Source of the DNA: a virus
Virus record (IMG/VR): IMGVR_UViG_3300021197_000868
Span: 1 to 64,000 of that record
DNA: 64,000 nt
Strand: one strand, 5' to 3'
Position numbers and translations under genes: made by a program. Shown in pieces: positions 1 through 8,573 of this stretch. Under the pieces are notes generated by a model, which saw nothing but the letters and a program-made list of their open reading frames with translations, ran no database searches and was not told where the DNA came from. The stretch's first letter is position 1; each line of letters starts with the position of its first letter.

Positions 1-152
1 TTGAAGTGCCTCAGTGCTTCCGACAAGTGAGGCATACCTTCGTATGCACCCCATTCTGATGTCGAAGCACTTGAACCAAACCTAGCAACTGCGCCCGCCT
101 TTCTTATCCATTCTTCTCTCTTTACTTTGTACATTGTATCTTCCATCTTCAT
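1..152 (-). CDS. Hypothetical protein, truncated by the window edge (MKMEDTMYKVKREEWIRK...)
   Basis: ATG at 152 overlaps the stop of 149..331 (ATGA) and lies downstream of promoter box 173-188. Confidence 0.6.
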   Translation of the reverse strand, partial: MKMEDTMYKVKREEWIRKAGAVARFGSSASTSEWGAYEGMPHLSEALRHF

Positions 153-331
153 TCCTCCTCTTCTTCTGATGCTGCTTTAAGTAGTGAACCTTGATTCCAA
201 TAACTTGATGATGGCTTCGATGCACCAAAGAGTCTGTTGAGTTCACTCTTCAACTTAGTATTCTCAGCCTCTAGTCTCTTGATGTAAGCGAGTCTCAGTC
301 TTGCTATCTCTTCTATGGTTATCTCTCTCAT
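149..331 (-). CDS. Small coiled-coil hypothetical protein
   Basis: ORF track; ATGA coupling on both sides. Confidence 0.7.
   Translation of the reverse strand: MREITIEEIARLRLAYIKRLEAENTKLKSELNRLFGASKPSSSYWNQGSLLKAASEEEEE
173..188 (-). promoter_or_regulatory. Early promoter-like box TTCACTACTTAAAGCA, copy 1 of 6
   Basis: Exact 16-mer also at 1611, 2491, 3585, 7103 and 8531; TTAAAG core 24-37 nt upstream of minus-strand start codons. Confidence 0.8.
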
Positions 332-441
332 GCTTCAGCCAACTCCCAGTATATGTTTTCGTCAGTGGCATGTACTATCACTAGGTTAGGGTCATTACAT
401 GTACAAGATGACTTACACTTCTTATCAGTACCACATCTCAT
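328..441 (-). CDS. 37-aa Cys-rich protein (MRCGTDKKCKSSCTCNDP...), below the track cutoff
   Basis: Hand translation; ATGA overlaps with both neighbours. Confidence 0.6.
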   Translation of the reverse strand: MRCGTDKKCKSSCTCNDPNLVIVHATDENIYWELAEA

Positions 442-644
442 TCGCTCAACTCCTTTGCTTGGGTTAGTGTTAGTTCAAACTCACTGCTACTACCGCAACC
501 TTGACAGAACCACTTGTGACCTTCGTAGACATCAGGTAAGTTAGACATCCATTCATCATCCCAGTCCATGAGTATGATGTTTGTCCAGTGATAACTCTGT
601 GTGAACAAACAAGGCCCACACTCTCCTATCATCTCTTCAGTCAT
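438..644 (-). CDS. Small Zn-ribbon protein (CxxC...CxxC)
   Basis: CGPC and CQGC motifs; translational coupling. Confidence 0.7.
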   Translation of the reverse strand: MTEEMIGECGPCLFTQSYHWTNIILMDWDDEWMSNLPDVYEGHKWFCQGCGSSSEFELTLTQAKELSE

Positions 645-1594
645 TCAGCATCACCTATTGAGTGCTTTACGATGAAGTCGGAAGCCTTCTGTGCTTCACC
701 AAAGGCAGCAGTCAAAGCCTTGTCTCTGTCCTTACATGCCTTGAGCCAGTGGTCAAGGTAAGCAAGACTGTTAGCATTCTCTTCCAGTACCTTAGATGGC
801 TCGAAGGAACCACCAAGTCGCATGACTGTAAACATACATGTTATCTCGGCGATTAACTCTTCAAAGGCATACATGGCATTACCGAAACTATTGCCTAGTG
901 GTCGGTCACATCGTTGTGGGTGTCCTGTACTGTGTGCTGCTTCGTGGAAGGCAGTCATCACTTCGCCCAGTGAGTCAGTAAAAGCATCATGAACTGGTAG
1001 ACGTATTAGGTCACCATTGAGTCTGTATGAAGCAGTGCTACCAACTCGCTCGATTTTTAGCGTGGGTTGACTAGCAGTATAGGTTTCAAAGTATGTCATC
1101 ATATCATGCTCAGGTACTGGTTGATGAGAGTCGCTCTCGTGAGGAGCCTTGTAGTCCTCGCACTGTTGAACACACCATACTTCGTACCAGCGTGTGACGT
1201 AACCATTACGAACTTCAGTCTCGCCTTTGTCATTCTCCTTCTCGTATGTGTTAGGCTTGAAGAACCGGATAGGTATTCCTGAACCAGTCTTCAGTCCCTT
1301 GATAGATAGCCCTGCTTCTATGAGTTGCTTGCGAGTACCGAAGCGCATGTCATCCCATCCTTCACTCAAAGCAGTGAACCATAGTCCCATGATGTTACCA
1401 CCACGATATGGTTTCTTACTCCTGAGATTCTGAGGCATACCCTTAGTACCACCAACCCAAGGTTTACGCCAAGGCATGTTGTTATTCCTGATACCATCTT
1501 CTATGGTATTGAACCATCGCTCTGCCATGTCAGCAGACTTCTGTTTACCATATGCTTTCTTCTGTTCTGTTGTCATCTTTGCCATTTTACTCAT
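641..1594 (-). CDS. ardC: ArdC-like antirestriction/ssDNA-binding protein (DUF1738 N-domain plus zincin-like MPTase domain)
   Basis: PWRKPW...P.N....PYRGGN N-terminal signature; HEAAHSTGH and YAFEELIAE zincin motifs. True start is probably 1594 or 1585, not 1672. Confidence 0.85.
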   Translation of the reverse strand: MSKMAKMTTEQKKAYGKQKSADMAERWFNTIEDGIRNNNMPWRKPWVGGTKGMPQNLRSKKPYRGGNIMGLWFTALSEGWDDMRFGTRKQLIEAGLSIKGLKTGSGIPIRFFKPNTYEKENDKGETEVRNGYVTRWYEVWCVQQCEDYKAPHESDSHQPVPEHDMMTYFETYTASQPTLKIERVGSTASYRLNGDLIRLPVHDAFTDSLGEVMTAFHEAAHSTGHPQRCDRPLGNSFGNAMYAFEELIAEITCMFTVMRLGGSFEPSKVLEENANSLAYLDHWLKACKDRDKALTAAFGEAQKASDFIVKHSIGDAE

Positions 1595-1883
1595 CCTCTT
1601 CTTTTGATTCTGCTTTAAGTAGTGAAGTCTCAGTGTCCTCTTTTTCTTCCTTTTGCATACTGTATACTTCATCTATAAGTTCAGTCTGCATCCTCACCTG
1701 TTCAATCAGTAAGACTTCTTCTGCTGGTGTGAGTTGTAGACCGTGACTTAGTTTAACTCTCATTATGAGTAAAGCCTTCCTCTCTTTCTTTAGGCTGCGT
1801 ACTTCTTCAAGTAAGTCTGTGTAGTCATCTACACATAACGCTGCATATGATTCAAGCATCTCTTCGTGGTTCATCTCTTTCAT
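1587..1883 (-). CDS. Hypothetical coiled-coil protein
   Basis: ORF track; operon context. Confidence 0.7.
   Translation of the reverse strand: MKEMNHEEMLESYAALCVDDYTDLLEEVRSLKKERKALLIMRVKLSHGLQLTPAEEVLLIEQVRMQTELIDEVYSMQKEEKEDTETSLLKAESKEEDE
1611..1626 (-). promoter_or_regulatory. Early promoter-like box, copy 2
   Basis: Exact 16-mer upstream of ardC. Confidence 0.8.
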
Positions 1884-1887
1884 TATA

Positions 1888-2310
1888 TCACCACAACTCC
1901 ATTACATGTTGACTGGTTCTCTTCAGTGCATTCACTTTGTTAGTGAAGGTTCCTTCACTAGGATGAACATCTCGTAACACCTTGTCTATGAAGATACCAT
2001 TCTCAAAGTCAGCATCTTCACCACTAGGTGTACCAACATACCATTCGTAGTTTCTTTGACTCACACCATTAGGCCCATACTCATTCAGTCTAGCCTTAGT
2101 GGTAACAGTACGCCAGCCACCATCATAGTAAGTCCAACCTAGTTTACTGATACGCATGATGAGATTACCGTGTAAGTATACAGTGTATTCATTACCACAC
2201 TCTTCGTACAACCTAGTATTATTTCCTATTGGCTTACCAGCATCTCTATCCCTAGCAGTGTCCATTAGTTCAGCACATCTGCTATGTGTTAGTAGTCCTG
2301 TTACCTTCAT
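1888..2310 (-). CDS. Conserved viral hypothetical protein (DGGWRTVTTKARLN motif)
   Basis: Motif resembles one recurrent in marine virus hypotheticals; function unknown. Confidence 0.7.
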   Translation of the reverse strand: MKVTGLLTHSRCAELMDTARDRDAGKPIGNNTRLYEECGNEYTVYLHGNLIMRISKLGWTYYDGGWRTVTTKARLNEYGPNGVSQRNYEWYVGTPSGEDADFENGIFIDKVLRDVHPSEGTFTNKVNALKRTSQHVMELW

Positions 2311-2462
2311 TCTATCACACCCATAACTTTGGCTATGTCATCTAAGTATTCAGCACCTGACTTCTTCGCAGTGCCATCACCATATGCTTCCATTAGTATT
2401 TCATCTACTGCATCTGCACAGCCACAGCATTCTGTTGCTTGTTGTATTGTGTTGTTACTCAT
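2307..2462 (-). CDS. 51-aa hypothetical protein (CCGC), below the track cutoff
   Basis: Hand translation; directly downstream of box 2491-2506; ATGA overlap with the next gene. Confidence 0.6.
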   Translation of the reverse strand: MSNNTIQQATECCGCADAVDEILMEAYGDGTAKKSGAEYLDDIAKVMGVIE

Positions 2463-2673
2463 TGTTCTCACTGTCCTCTATTTTTGATGTTGCTTTAAGT
2501 AGTGAACTATTCAGTCCACTGTTTCTTTGACTAAAAGGTATGTATCTGATGTGGGTATGATTTGTATGTAGTATGCACTTGGCTGCTACTTTCTTAGCAT
2601 CACTTACATTGTTTGCTGATGCGTACAAGCGCCAGTTCACACCATCACTTGAGCCTTCTACTAACCACGACAT
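2455..2673 (-). CDS. Hypothetical protein
   Basis: ORF track. Confidence 0.65.
   Translation of the reverse strand: MSWLVEGSSDGVNWRLYASANNVSDAKKVAAKCILHTNHTHIRYIPFSQRNSGLNSSLLKATSKIEDSENNE
2491..2506 (-). promoter_or_regulatory. Early promoter-like box, copy 3
   Basis: Exact 16-mer. Confidence 0.8.
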
Positions 2674-2675
2674 AC

Positions 2676-2963
2676 TTACTCACCTGCCTCCCAAGCATCC
2701 TTGAACTCTTTCTGTTTTCTCCTCGTTTCTGCTCTATCCCATTCCATACGTTTAGATTTCAACTGATGCTTAGTCCTACAGGAGATACACTTCTTGAGAG
2801 TGGAGTGCTCATCATACATGGTATGAGGATTGAAGTAATACTTACACTCAGTGCATTGTCTGATTCTGTTTTCTTCTATTGCATCTACGTAGTCATCAAA
2901 GTTAAGGATGGTCATGAAAGTTTTTTTAACATGTATGTAAGGGAACTTCTTCTCTTCTCCCAT
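2676..2963 (-). CDS. Zn-finger hypothetical protein
   Basis: CTEC...CISC; GGAAGTGA RBS-like sequence upstream. Confidence 0.7.
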   Translation of the reverse strand: MGEEKKFPYIHVKKTFMTILNFDDYVDAIEENRIRQCTECKYYFNPHTMYDEHSTLKKCISCRTKHQLKSKRMEWDRAETRRKQKEFKDAWEAGE

Positions 2964-2965
2964 GC

Positions 2966-3256
2966 TTATTTCACTTCCTTGTGTTCGCTTGTTGTGTAGA
3001 GTGTGTATTGTTTGTAGAGGATTTTGATTGCCCCATATATTGTATCGCCATTTACGACATAGGGTTCCTCTTCTTCATCTAAGGTACTGTATGGGGCATG
3101 TGTTTTCATTATAGTATTGGTGAAGTCCTCCCATCCATCTTCTGTTACAAAGAAGTGAGTCACATCACCGAGGTAAGGTTCACCGTCTTGAGTAAGTGTG
3201 TGTACTCTAGTCACTCTTCTGCTAGTTGCATGTAGTATGTTGTCTGTCATGTTCAT
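2966..3256 (-). CDS. Hypothetical protein
   Basis: ORF track; coupled. Confidence 0.7.
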   Translation of the reverse strand: MNMTDNILHATSRRVTRVHTLTQDGEPYLGDVTHFFVTEDGWEDFTNTIMKTHAPYSTLDEEEEPYVVNGDTIYGAIKILYKQYTLYTTSEHKEVK

Positions 3257-3561
3257 TCCTCCGTGATTAGTTCTCTCTTTATCTCGCCAAGTTCAACCAT
3301 CAATACTTGGATTCTTATTTCATTTCTAGTGGTATTGTAGTTGTGTAGCATAGTCATTAGGTCATTGAGTTTCTTCTTGTGTGCTACAAGTTCTTCATGT
3401 GTGAGGCCTTGCTTGATAGTGGAAGAGCCTTCATCTTCACTGTGCCATTCGCATATGTTACATGAGGAGTACCAGTCTCCTCCGTACCAGTCTCCTCCGC
3501 CGGCTGGGTAGTGGTCGTATTTCTCGTTGCATCCTTCGCATATTCTATCTGTCATCTTCAT
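3253..3561 (-). CDS. Zn-ribbon plus coiled-coil hypothetical protein
   Basis: CEGC...CNIC; contains a GGDWY tandem duplication. Confidence 0.7.
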   Translation of the reverse strand: MKMTDRICEGCNEKYDHYPAGGGDWYGGDWYSSCNICEWHSEDEGSSTIKQGLTHEELVAHKKKLNDLMTMLHNYNTTRNEIRIQVLMVELGEIKRELITEE

Positions 3562-3683
3562 TCCTCTCCTTCCTTTTCTGATGCTGCTTTAAGTAGTGAA
3601 CTACAACTTCGACATAGTGATTGACCTGATTGTATGAGATTGTGACACCTTGCCTCACTGCATAGTATAGTAGTGAACCTCAT
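3558..3683 (-). CDS. 41-aa Zn-ribbon protein (MRFTTILCSEARCHNLIQSGQSLCRSCSSLLKAASEKEGEE), below the track cutoff
   Basis: Hand translation; ATGA coupling at both ends. Confidence 0.6.
   Translation of the reverse strand: MRFTTILCSEARCHNLIQSGQSLCRSCSSLLKAASEKEGEE
3585..3600 (-). promoter_or_regulatory. Early promoter-like box, copy 4
   Basis: Exact 16-mer. Confidence 0.8.
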
Positions 3684-3838
3684 TCCCCCACACTCCTAAA
3701 GTAAGGCACTCCATCCTCATCAACATCTAGTCTTTCAAGTAGTGCTATGGCATCTCTAACAGCATGGTAGTTCTCGTCTGAGTATACAGGGGTCGGTTGT
3801 CCGGCTGAGCCATAACGCAGTGTGTCTATGATTCTCAT
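3680..3838 (-). CDS. 52-aa hypothetical protein, below the track cutoff
   Basis: Hand translation (MRIIDTLRYGSAGQPTP...); fills the gap after the helicase. Confidence 0.55.
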   Translation of the reverse strand: MRIIDTLRYGSAGQPTPVYSDENYHAVRDAIALLERLDVDEDGVPYFRSVGE

Positions 3839-3846
3839 GACTGGAT

Positions 3847-6495
3847 TCAAGCCTTCACCCCCATGTTGTCCAGCATGGATGCTGGTAGTTGTCCATCATC
3901 AACCATCGCTCTGAGTAGTGCCTTGGCTATACCATCACGCTTGCCAACCTCTCCACCATCTAGGATTGCTGCTACTGTAGCACGCTTCTCTTCAACAACA
4001 GCATTGAACTTCTCGTCTATAGTCCCAGTGACTGATAGGTACAGTGCGTGTACTGTCTCAGCATCTTGACCGATACGATTGACACGGTCTTCGGCTTGCT
4101 CTTCCCAACCGGGAACCCATTCACGCTCAACAAACATGACAGTGTCAGCAGCAGTGAGGGTGAGTCCTTCCTTGGCTGCTATGGTAGAGCACACTAGGAA
4201 GGTGACATCACCATTTTGGAAACGCTCAACCGCACGCTGTCTGTGTTCAGGTGATACACTTCCATTGATGTAGTCAAGGGTGAGCATACCGAACTGCGCT
4301 TTGTCGTCCTTAGTAAACTTCCTGTACTCCTCACCGATAGCATCAGTCAACATCTCTTGCACATCACGGTGATGAGTGAAGATGATGAGTGGCTTACCAG
4401 TTGTCTTGTGGTAGTCCATAGCATGGCGAGCAGTAGCACCAACCTTCATGCGGCCAGCACGATGTCTCAAGTCAGTTAACATGTTGAGTACGAAGCCAGC
4501 AGGTAGACTGTTGTTAGCAAGGTGCATTTCATATTCCATAGCCCATGTCTTAGCAGCCTCACTGTACTCCTTCATCTCAGCCTTGGCAGGTACGACATCA
4601 ACTACCTGTCGTATCTTGTCAGGCAGGTCATCCATAACTTCCTTCTTCAGTCTACGGATAGCAACAGTACGAGTACGCTCATGCAACTCAGCCTCATTGG
4701 ATGAGCCACTGAAGTCCCAACCGAAACCATTGTGGTAACCATCACAGTAACGTTTTGCATAGGTGAAGAAGGATGAGAACTCTTCAGGTCTAAGCATGTT
4801 GAGTGTAGTGAAGAACTCATTAGGTCTGTTGGTGATAGCAGTACCGGACAGGGCAAGCACACTCTTTGCATTCTTGGCAACTGTAAGACTTGCATCTGTA
4901 CGCTGAGCCTTGTAGTTCTTCAGGTAGTGTGACTCATCAAAGATGACAGTGTTGAAACCATGTGCTAGTAAGTTGTCTCGCTGCCTAGACATAAGGTCGT
5001 AGTTGATTACAACTATGTCAGCGTCAGGTATGTCATCCTTACCAGTCCTGATAACATCAGCCTCGTATGTAGGAAGCCAAGCCTCTGCTTCTTTCAACCA
5101 GTTGAACTTGACATTCGCAGGGCACACCACTAGAACAGGGTGGTGCTCAGGATGGAGAGCAGTGTAGGCTAGGGCTTGGATAGTCTTACCCACACCCATG
5201 TCATCACCGATGAGTGCTTTACCATTAGCCAGTTCAGCAAAGCGAACCCCAACATATTGGAAGGGGTACAACTCCTTGCCCTTGGGGAAGACTTCGGCTA
5301 GTCTCTCACGCATCTCATCTATTCTCTCATCATCATGAAGAGTAGCAGCACTACTGATTGCTATGCGCTCAGCAGTATTGGATATGATGTCATCGAGTTG
5401 AGACAAAGCGCCGATAGCATTTGCTAGTTCAGGGTACACCTTGTCTAACCTACCCTTGACGAAGGCTGCTTGTGCTACTGGTACAGTCCAAACCTTACGC
5501 TGTCCATTCCACTTGCGACCCATGACTCCCTTGACTATTGCCATGACTTGACCACGCAGGTCATCATCATTCAACCAAGGCCACTTGAGAACCAGTGCAT
5601 CACCTTCGATGGTAGCCTCACACGCAGTGGACTGCTTCTTGGTAGTAGTCACACACTGAGACTTCAGTGCTGCTAGTTGCTCAGGTAAGTAACCACACCC
5701 AGTGAAGATAGCACACGCCTTGTCTATGAGAGCAGCCTCCATCTTCAGTGACCATGCCTTGAACTCAGGCTTCCATATACAACGCCCCTGTCCAACAAGC
5801 CCTGCCTTCAAAGCAGGGATAAGATTCTCATCATAAGGGAAGCGCATCAGTATACGCTTGCTAGTCTTAGGGTATCTTTTGTTGATGTCATTCCTCCCAT
5901 ACCATGTGTCCTCATAGACTTCAGCCTTGATGGTAAGTCTTGCTTTGCGAGCCGCTTGCCTACGAGCATCGGCTTCCTTCTTCTCAGTCAAGAACCTATC
6001 ATACATTGTAGCATAGAAGTCGAACACATCTTCAGGTACATCAGCAAGACCACGCTCATGTGCGACATGACCAAAGAGTTCTTTCTGTAAGTCTCCCCAT
6101 ACATCGGTATACTTCTTTACTTCATCCACATCTAGACCATCTCTTGCTTGCCTCATAGCAAGTCTCTCCATTGAACTGGTCATCGACTTGTGTATGGACA
6201 TGTACTCCACTGCTTCCTCGCCTTGCTTGGTCAGTCCATCTAGGAAGGCTTGACCTTCAGTAGGGTCAACACCTATGGACATGAGTAGTTGAGGAAGTTG
6301 AGTGTTCCTGTATGTCTGTAGTCTACTTGCTGCTTCAGCATACATGGTTTCATTCAGTGTACTGTGTAAGGTCTTGAAGAAGTTTGCATCAGCAGCATTG
6401 GGGCCGATGTCATCCTTCACTCCCTCATGGTGTACACCCATGAAGTTGTCCAGTAGTTCGCTCATCTGTTCTGTAGTTATCTCACTCATTGGCAT
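3847..6495 (-). CDS. SNF2-family helicase, SMARCAL1/HARP-like annealing helicase
   Basis: LYPFQ Q-motif, GDDMGVGKT (I), DESH (II), SGT (III), QAEDRVNRIGQ (VI); two N-terminal HARP-like repeats (FPYD...W...KAW; WPW...RKW...KVW). Confidence 0.9.
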   Translation of the reverse strand: MPMSEITTEQMSELLDNFMGVHHEGVKDDIGPNAADANFFKTLHSTLNETMYAEAASRLQTYRNTQLPQLLMSIGVDPTEGQAFLDGLTKQGEEAVEYMSIHKSMTSSMERLAMRQARDGLDVDEVKKYTDVWGDLQKELFGHVAHERGLADVPEDVFDFYATMYDRFLTEKKEADARRQAARKARLTIKAEVYEDTWYGRNDINKRYPKTSKRILMRFPYDENLIPALKAGLVGQGRCIWKPEFKAWSLKMEAALIDKACAIFTGCGYLPEQLAALKSQCVTTTKKQSTACEATIEGDALVLKWPWLNDDDLRGQVMAIVKGVMGRKWNGQRKVWTVPVAQAAFVKGRLDKVYPELANAIGALSQLDDIISNTAERIAISSAATLHDDERIDEMRERLAEVFPKGKELYPFQYVGVRFAELANGKALIGDDMGVGKTIQALAYTALHPEHHPVLVVCPANVKFNWLKEAEAWLPTYEADVIRTGKDDIPDADIVVINYDLMSRQRDNLLAHGFNTVIFDESHYLKNYKAQRTDASLTVAKNAKSVLALSGTAITNRPNEFFTTLNMLRPEEFSSFFTYAKRYCDGYHNGFGWDFSGSSNEAELHERTRTVAIRRLKKEVMDDLPDKIRQVVDVVPAKAEMKEYSEAAKTWAMEYEMHLANNSLPAGFVLNMLTDLRHRAGRMKVGATARHAMDYHKTTGKPLIIFTHHRDVQEMLTDAIGEEYRKFTKDDKAQFGMLTLDYINGSVSPEHRQRAVERFQNGDVTFLVCSTIAAKEGLTLTAADTVMFVEREWVPGWEEQAEDRVNRIGQDAETVHALYLSVTGTIDEKFNAVVEEKRATVAAILDGGEVGKRDGIAKALLRAMVDDGQLPASMLDNMGVKA

Positions 6496-6668
6496 CCCTC
6501 TATTACTTCTTTCTCATGTGTAGTTCCAAACCTTTCATCGTGCATGGCTGCTATATGTATTGCACTTCTGTAGGAGATGTCTTCTTCCTCCACAGCCTCC
6601 ACAAGTTTCTCAGTCAGGCCAGTGATATATCCTATCACCCATATCATATCTTCTTCTAGTTTACTCAT
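6486..6668 (-). CDS. Hypothetical protein
   Basis: ORF track; GGTGG RBS. Confidence 0.6.
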   Translation of the reverse strand: MSKLEEDMIWVIGYITGLTEKLVEAVEEEDISYRSAIHIAAMHDERFGTTHEKEVIEGCQ

Positions 6669-6796
6669 TCAACCACCACCTGTATGTGTCTAACTTGGAA
6701 GCCATCTACTCTCATCACTTCAGCCCACTCAGGATGCTGAACTGTGTGCCATGTGTAACCCAGTGAGTCCACCCATTCATACACACTTAACTTCAT
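6665..6796 (-). CDS. 43-aa hypothetical protein (MKLSVYEWVDSLGYTWH...), below the track cutoff
   Basis: Hand translation; ATGA overlaps on both sides. Confidence 0.6.
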   Translation of the reverse strand: MKLSVYEWVDSLGYTWHTVQHPEWAEVMRVDGFQVRHIQVVVE

Positions 6797-7086
6797 TCAA
6801 CCACTTCCTTTTGTGCAGTAGCAGTCGGATTCATACATGACAAGGGTATTGGTTCCCCAGTACATGTTATGTCATACTCCAAAGTCTCAGGTCTATAGGT
6901 TAGGGCATGTGTGTTACACACAGGTACTCCAAACTCCATAACATCTTCAGGGTCATCAGGGTTCATGACATGTATCACTGCTATGTTGGTAGCAGATGTG
7001 TGCTTCTCCTCATGGAAGTGGCAGTCAAAACATTCTGCTCCTTCTAGGTCATCATTGTCTGTGGTTGGTGGTTGGTTGCTCATCAA
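6793..7086 (-). CDS. Cys/His Zn-binding hypothetical protein
   Basis: CFDC...H...CxxH; first gene after box 7103-7118. Confidence 0.7.
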   Translation of the reverse strand: MMSNQPPTTDNDDLEGAECFDCHFHEEKHTSATNIAVIHVMNPDDPEDVMEFGVPVCNTHALTYRPETLEYDITCTGEPIPLSCMNPTATAQKEVVE

Positions 7087-7102
7087 CCCTCAACTTTAAC
7101 TC

Positions 7103-7118
7103 TGCTTTAAGTAGTGAA
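7103..7118 (-). promoter_or_regulatory. Early promoter-like box, copy 5
   Basis: Exact 16-mer, intergenic. Confidence 0.8.
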
Positions 7119-7140
7119 GTCCTGAAACCGATGGACTGAG

Positions 7141-7305
7141 AAGTTGTAAAGGTTGTACGGGTTGTTGTGTATACTAATACAACTGTTGTCTAGGTTTCAC
7201 CCCCACCCCTTAGTTCATAGTAATATGTATGTAATATAGAATAATAACTATACTACCTATACAACACTAGGGGCTATGCTTCTACTCCTATATACGTATA
7301 ATATA
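7141..7305. repeat. AT-rich origin-like element, copy A (inverted homolog at 18175-18290)
   Basis: Blocks AAGTTGTAAAGGTTGTA (7141-7157), AATAATAACTATACTACCTATACAAC (7240-7265) and ATATACGTATA (7290-7300) recur in reverse complement, in the same order, at 18.2-18.3 kb. Confidence 0.8.
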
Positions 7306-7454
7306 ATACGCATAGAATACGCAGGTCTGACTAGGGCTGGTCAAATCTCAGTGGCCTCACGGCTACGCTGTAGTTATATCAGGAGGGCTAGGGAGTCCAC
7401 GTCGCTCCGACATGTAGTAGTTATTTTCTAGGACTCAGGTCACTCGATAGGTAA

Positions 7455-7473
7455 CCCACCCATATGGATGGTA
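7455..7473. repeat. 19-bp inverted repeat, left copy (CCCACCCATATGGATGGTA)
   Basis: Exact reverse complement at 8613-8631; the core is an imperfect palindrome. Confidence 0.85.
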
Positions 7474-7502
7474 GCGACTGGACCGTAGAGGAAGAACGCA
7501 TC

Positions 7503-7583
7503 CCGCCGAGCGAAGCGAGGCGGAAGCGAACGCAGTGAGCGTCAAGGCGGCGACTAGCCGCCTCCCCCCGAGCGAAGCGAGGC
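7503..7583. repeat. GC-rich hairpin cluster with a 16-bp direct repeat CCGAGCGAAGCGAGGC
   Basis: Repeat at 7506-7521 and 7568-7583; hairpin AGGCGGC-GACTA-GCCGCCT at 7545-7563. Confidence 0.75.
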
Positions 7584-7620
7584 CGGTGCTCCGCACCTGC
7601 GTAGCAAGGTTTGCCAGACC

Positions 7621-7640
7621 AAAAAAAGCCCCCGCCCCCC
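7621..7640 (-). terminator. Putative oligo-T terminator for 7707..8501
   Basis: Minus strand reads GGGGGGCGGGGGCTTTTTTT about 70-85 nt after the stop. Confidence 0.45.
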
Positions 7641-7706
7641 ACGAGTGGGAGACGAGGGCAACTTCGAGCGCAGTGCTCGTATACACTAGATTACCAGTTC
7701 ACCGGC

Positions 7707-8501
7707 TCACACATTCAAGCCCTTGTCAGACAAGAACTTAACTGCCTTTGCCTTGGTGTTGCAGGACGCAGGTGCACCCATAGCCTTAGCCATGGTGACC
7801 GCTTCAGCCTTGGACACGCTAACAGATGCTGCCGGAGCCTTGGTGGACTTCGGTGCTTTGCTGTACGGCGTACCATTCTTACTCACTGCGACCTTTGCTT
7901 TCAGTGCAACACGGCGTGCTTGTGCTTCCTCGTCGCTGATGTCGCCATTCCTGTTGTCCTTGTTGATGGCACTCCATTCGTCTGCGAAGAGTTTGCGGAC
8001 TCCAGCACCGGCAGCGTTCTTGTAGGTAGCGAACTTGTCTTTCATGCCCTTGACAGTGAACACATCTGCGCCGTCTTGTGACAACTTGAAGGAGCGCATG
8101 CTGTCCAACTTAGGGGTGTATGGTTTGGTTCCAGCATTAGCGAAGGCAACCACGATGTACTTACCGTTGCGGTTGGTTTGCCTGATTGCCAGACCGTATA
8201 GGGCTCGCTTCATTCCGGTGTTCACTTCGCCGTCAGTGAACCATGTCTCTGCTAGTACGCCGTGTGGGTTACCAGTGGTAGGGCTTCGGCATACATCAAG
8301 CATGTTGATGACACAGTTCTCTACGTCTTCCACGGTGTATGTTCTCTCACCTGTGCTGTATGGTTTGCCGAAGAGTGGGAAGCCATGTTCTAGGTTGGCA
8401 TTCGTGACATATGTCTGCTTCCTTCCACATAGGAAGGTCGCCATCTTGTCTACTTCGGTGTTCAGTTGCTCAGGGTATGTTGGTGCGTTTTCGTTGCTCA
8501 T
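7707..8501 (-). CDS. Isolated early protein with a Lys/Ala-rich, probably DNA-binding C-terminus
   Basis: Own promoter box (8531) and terminator; visibly GC-richer codon usage; KAPKSTKAPAA...KAKAVKFL tail. Confidence 0.75.
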   Translation of the reverse strand: MSNENAPTYPEQLNTEVDKMATFLCGRKQTYVTNANLEHGFPLFGKPYSTGERTYTVEDVENCVINMLDVCRSPTTGNPHGVLAETWFTDGEVNTGMKRALYGLAIRQTNRNGKYIVVAFANAGTKPYTPKLDSMRSFKLSQDGADVFTVKGMKDKFATYKNAAGAGVRKLFADEWSAINKDNRNGDISDEEAQARRVALKAKVAVSKNGTPYSKAPKSTKAPAASVSVSKAEAVTMAKAMGAPASCNTKAKAVKFLSDKGLNV

Positions 8502-8530
8502 TGTTTCGACCTACTCTACACTTTTAATGC

Positions 8531-8546
8531 TGCTTTAAGTAGTGAA
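8531..8546 (-). promoter_or_regulatory. Early promoter-like box, copy 6
   Basis: Exact 16-mer, intergenic. Confidence 0.8.
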
Positions 8547-8573
8547 GTCTTGCAGCACAGCGTTTTCCACTAT

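Noticed and set aside
149-3600. SLLKA C-termini of early proteins as the same LLK cleavage tag
   Set aside because: They lack the upstream AF..AW helix, and the same DNA occurs intergenically at 7103 and 8531, so the peptide is best explained as a by-product of the DNA motif.
173-8546. The 16-bp repeats as a CRISPR array or integron attC-like sites
   Set aside because: Spacing is irregular (0.9-3.5 kb), the repeat is short and non-palindromic, and it sits at promoter distance from start codons; no cas or integrase gene is present.
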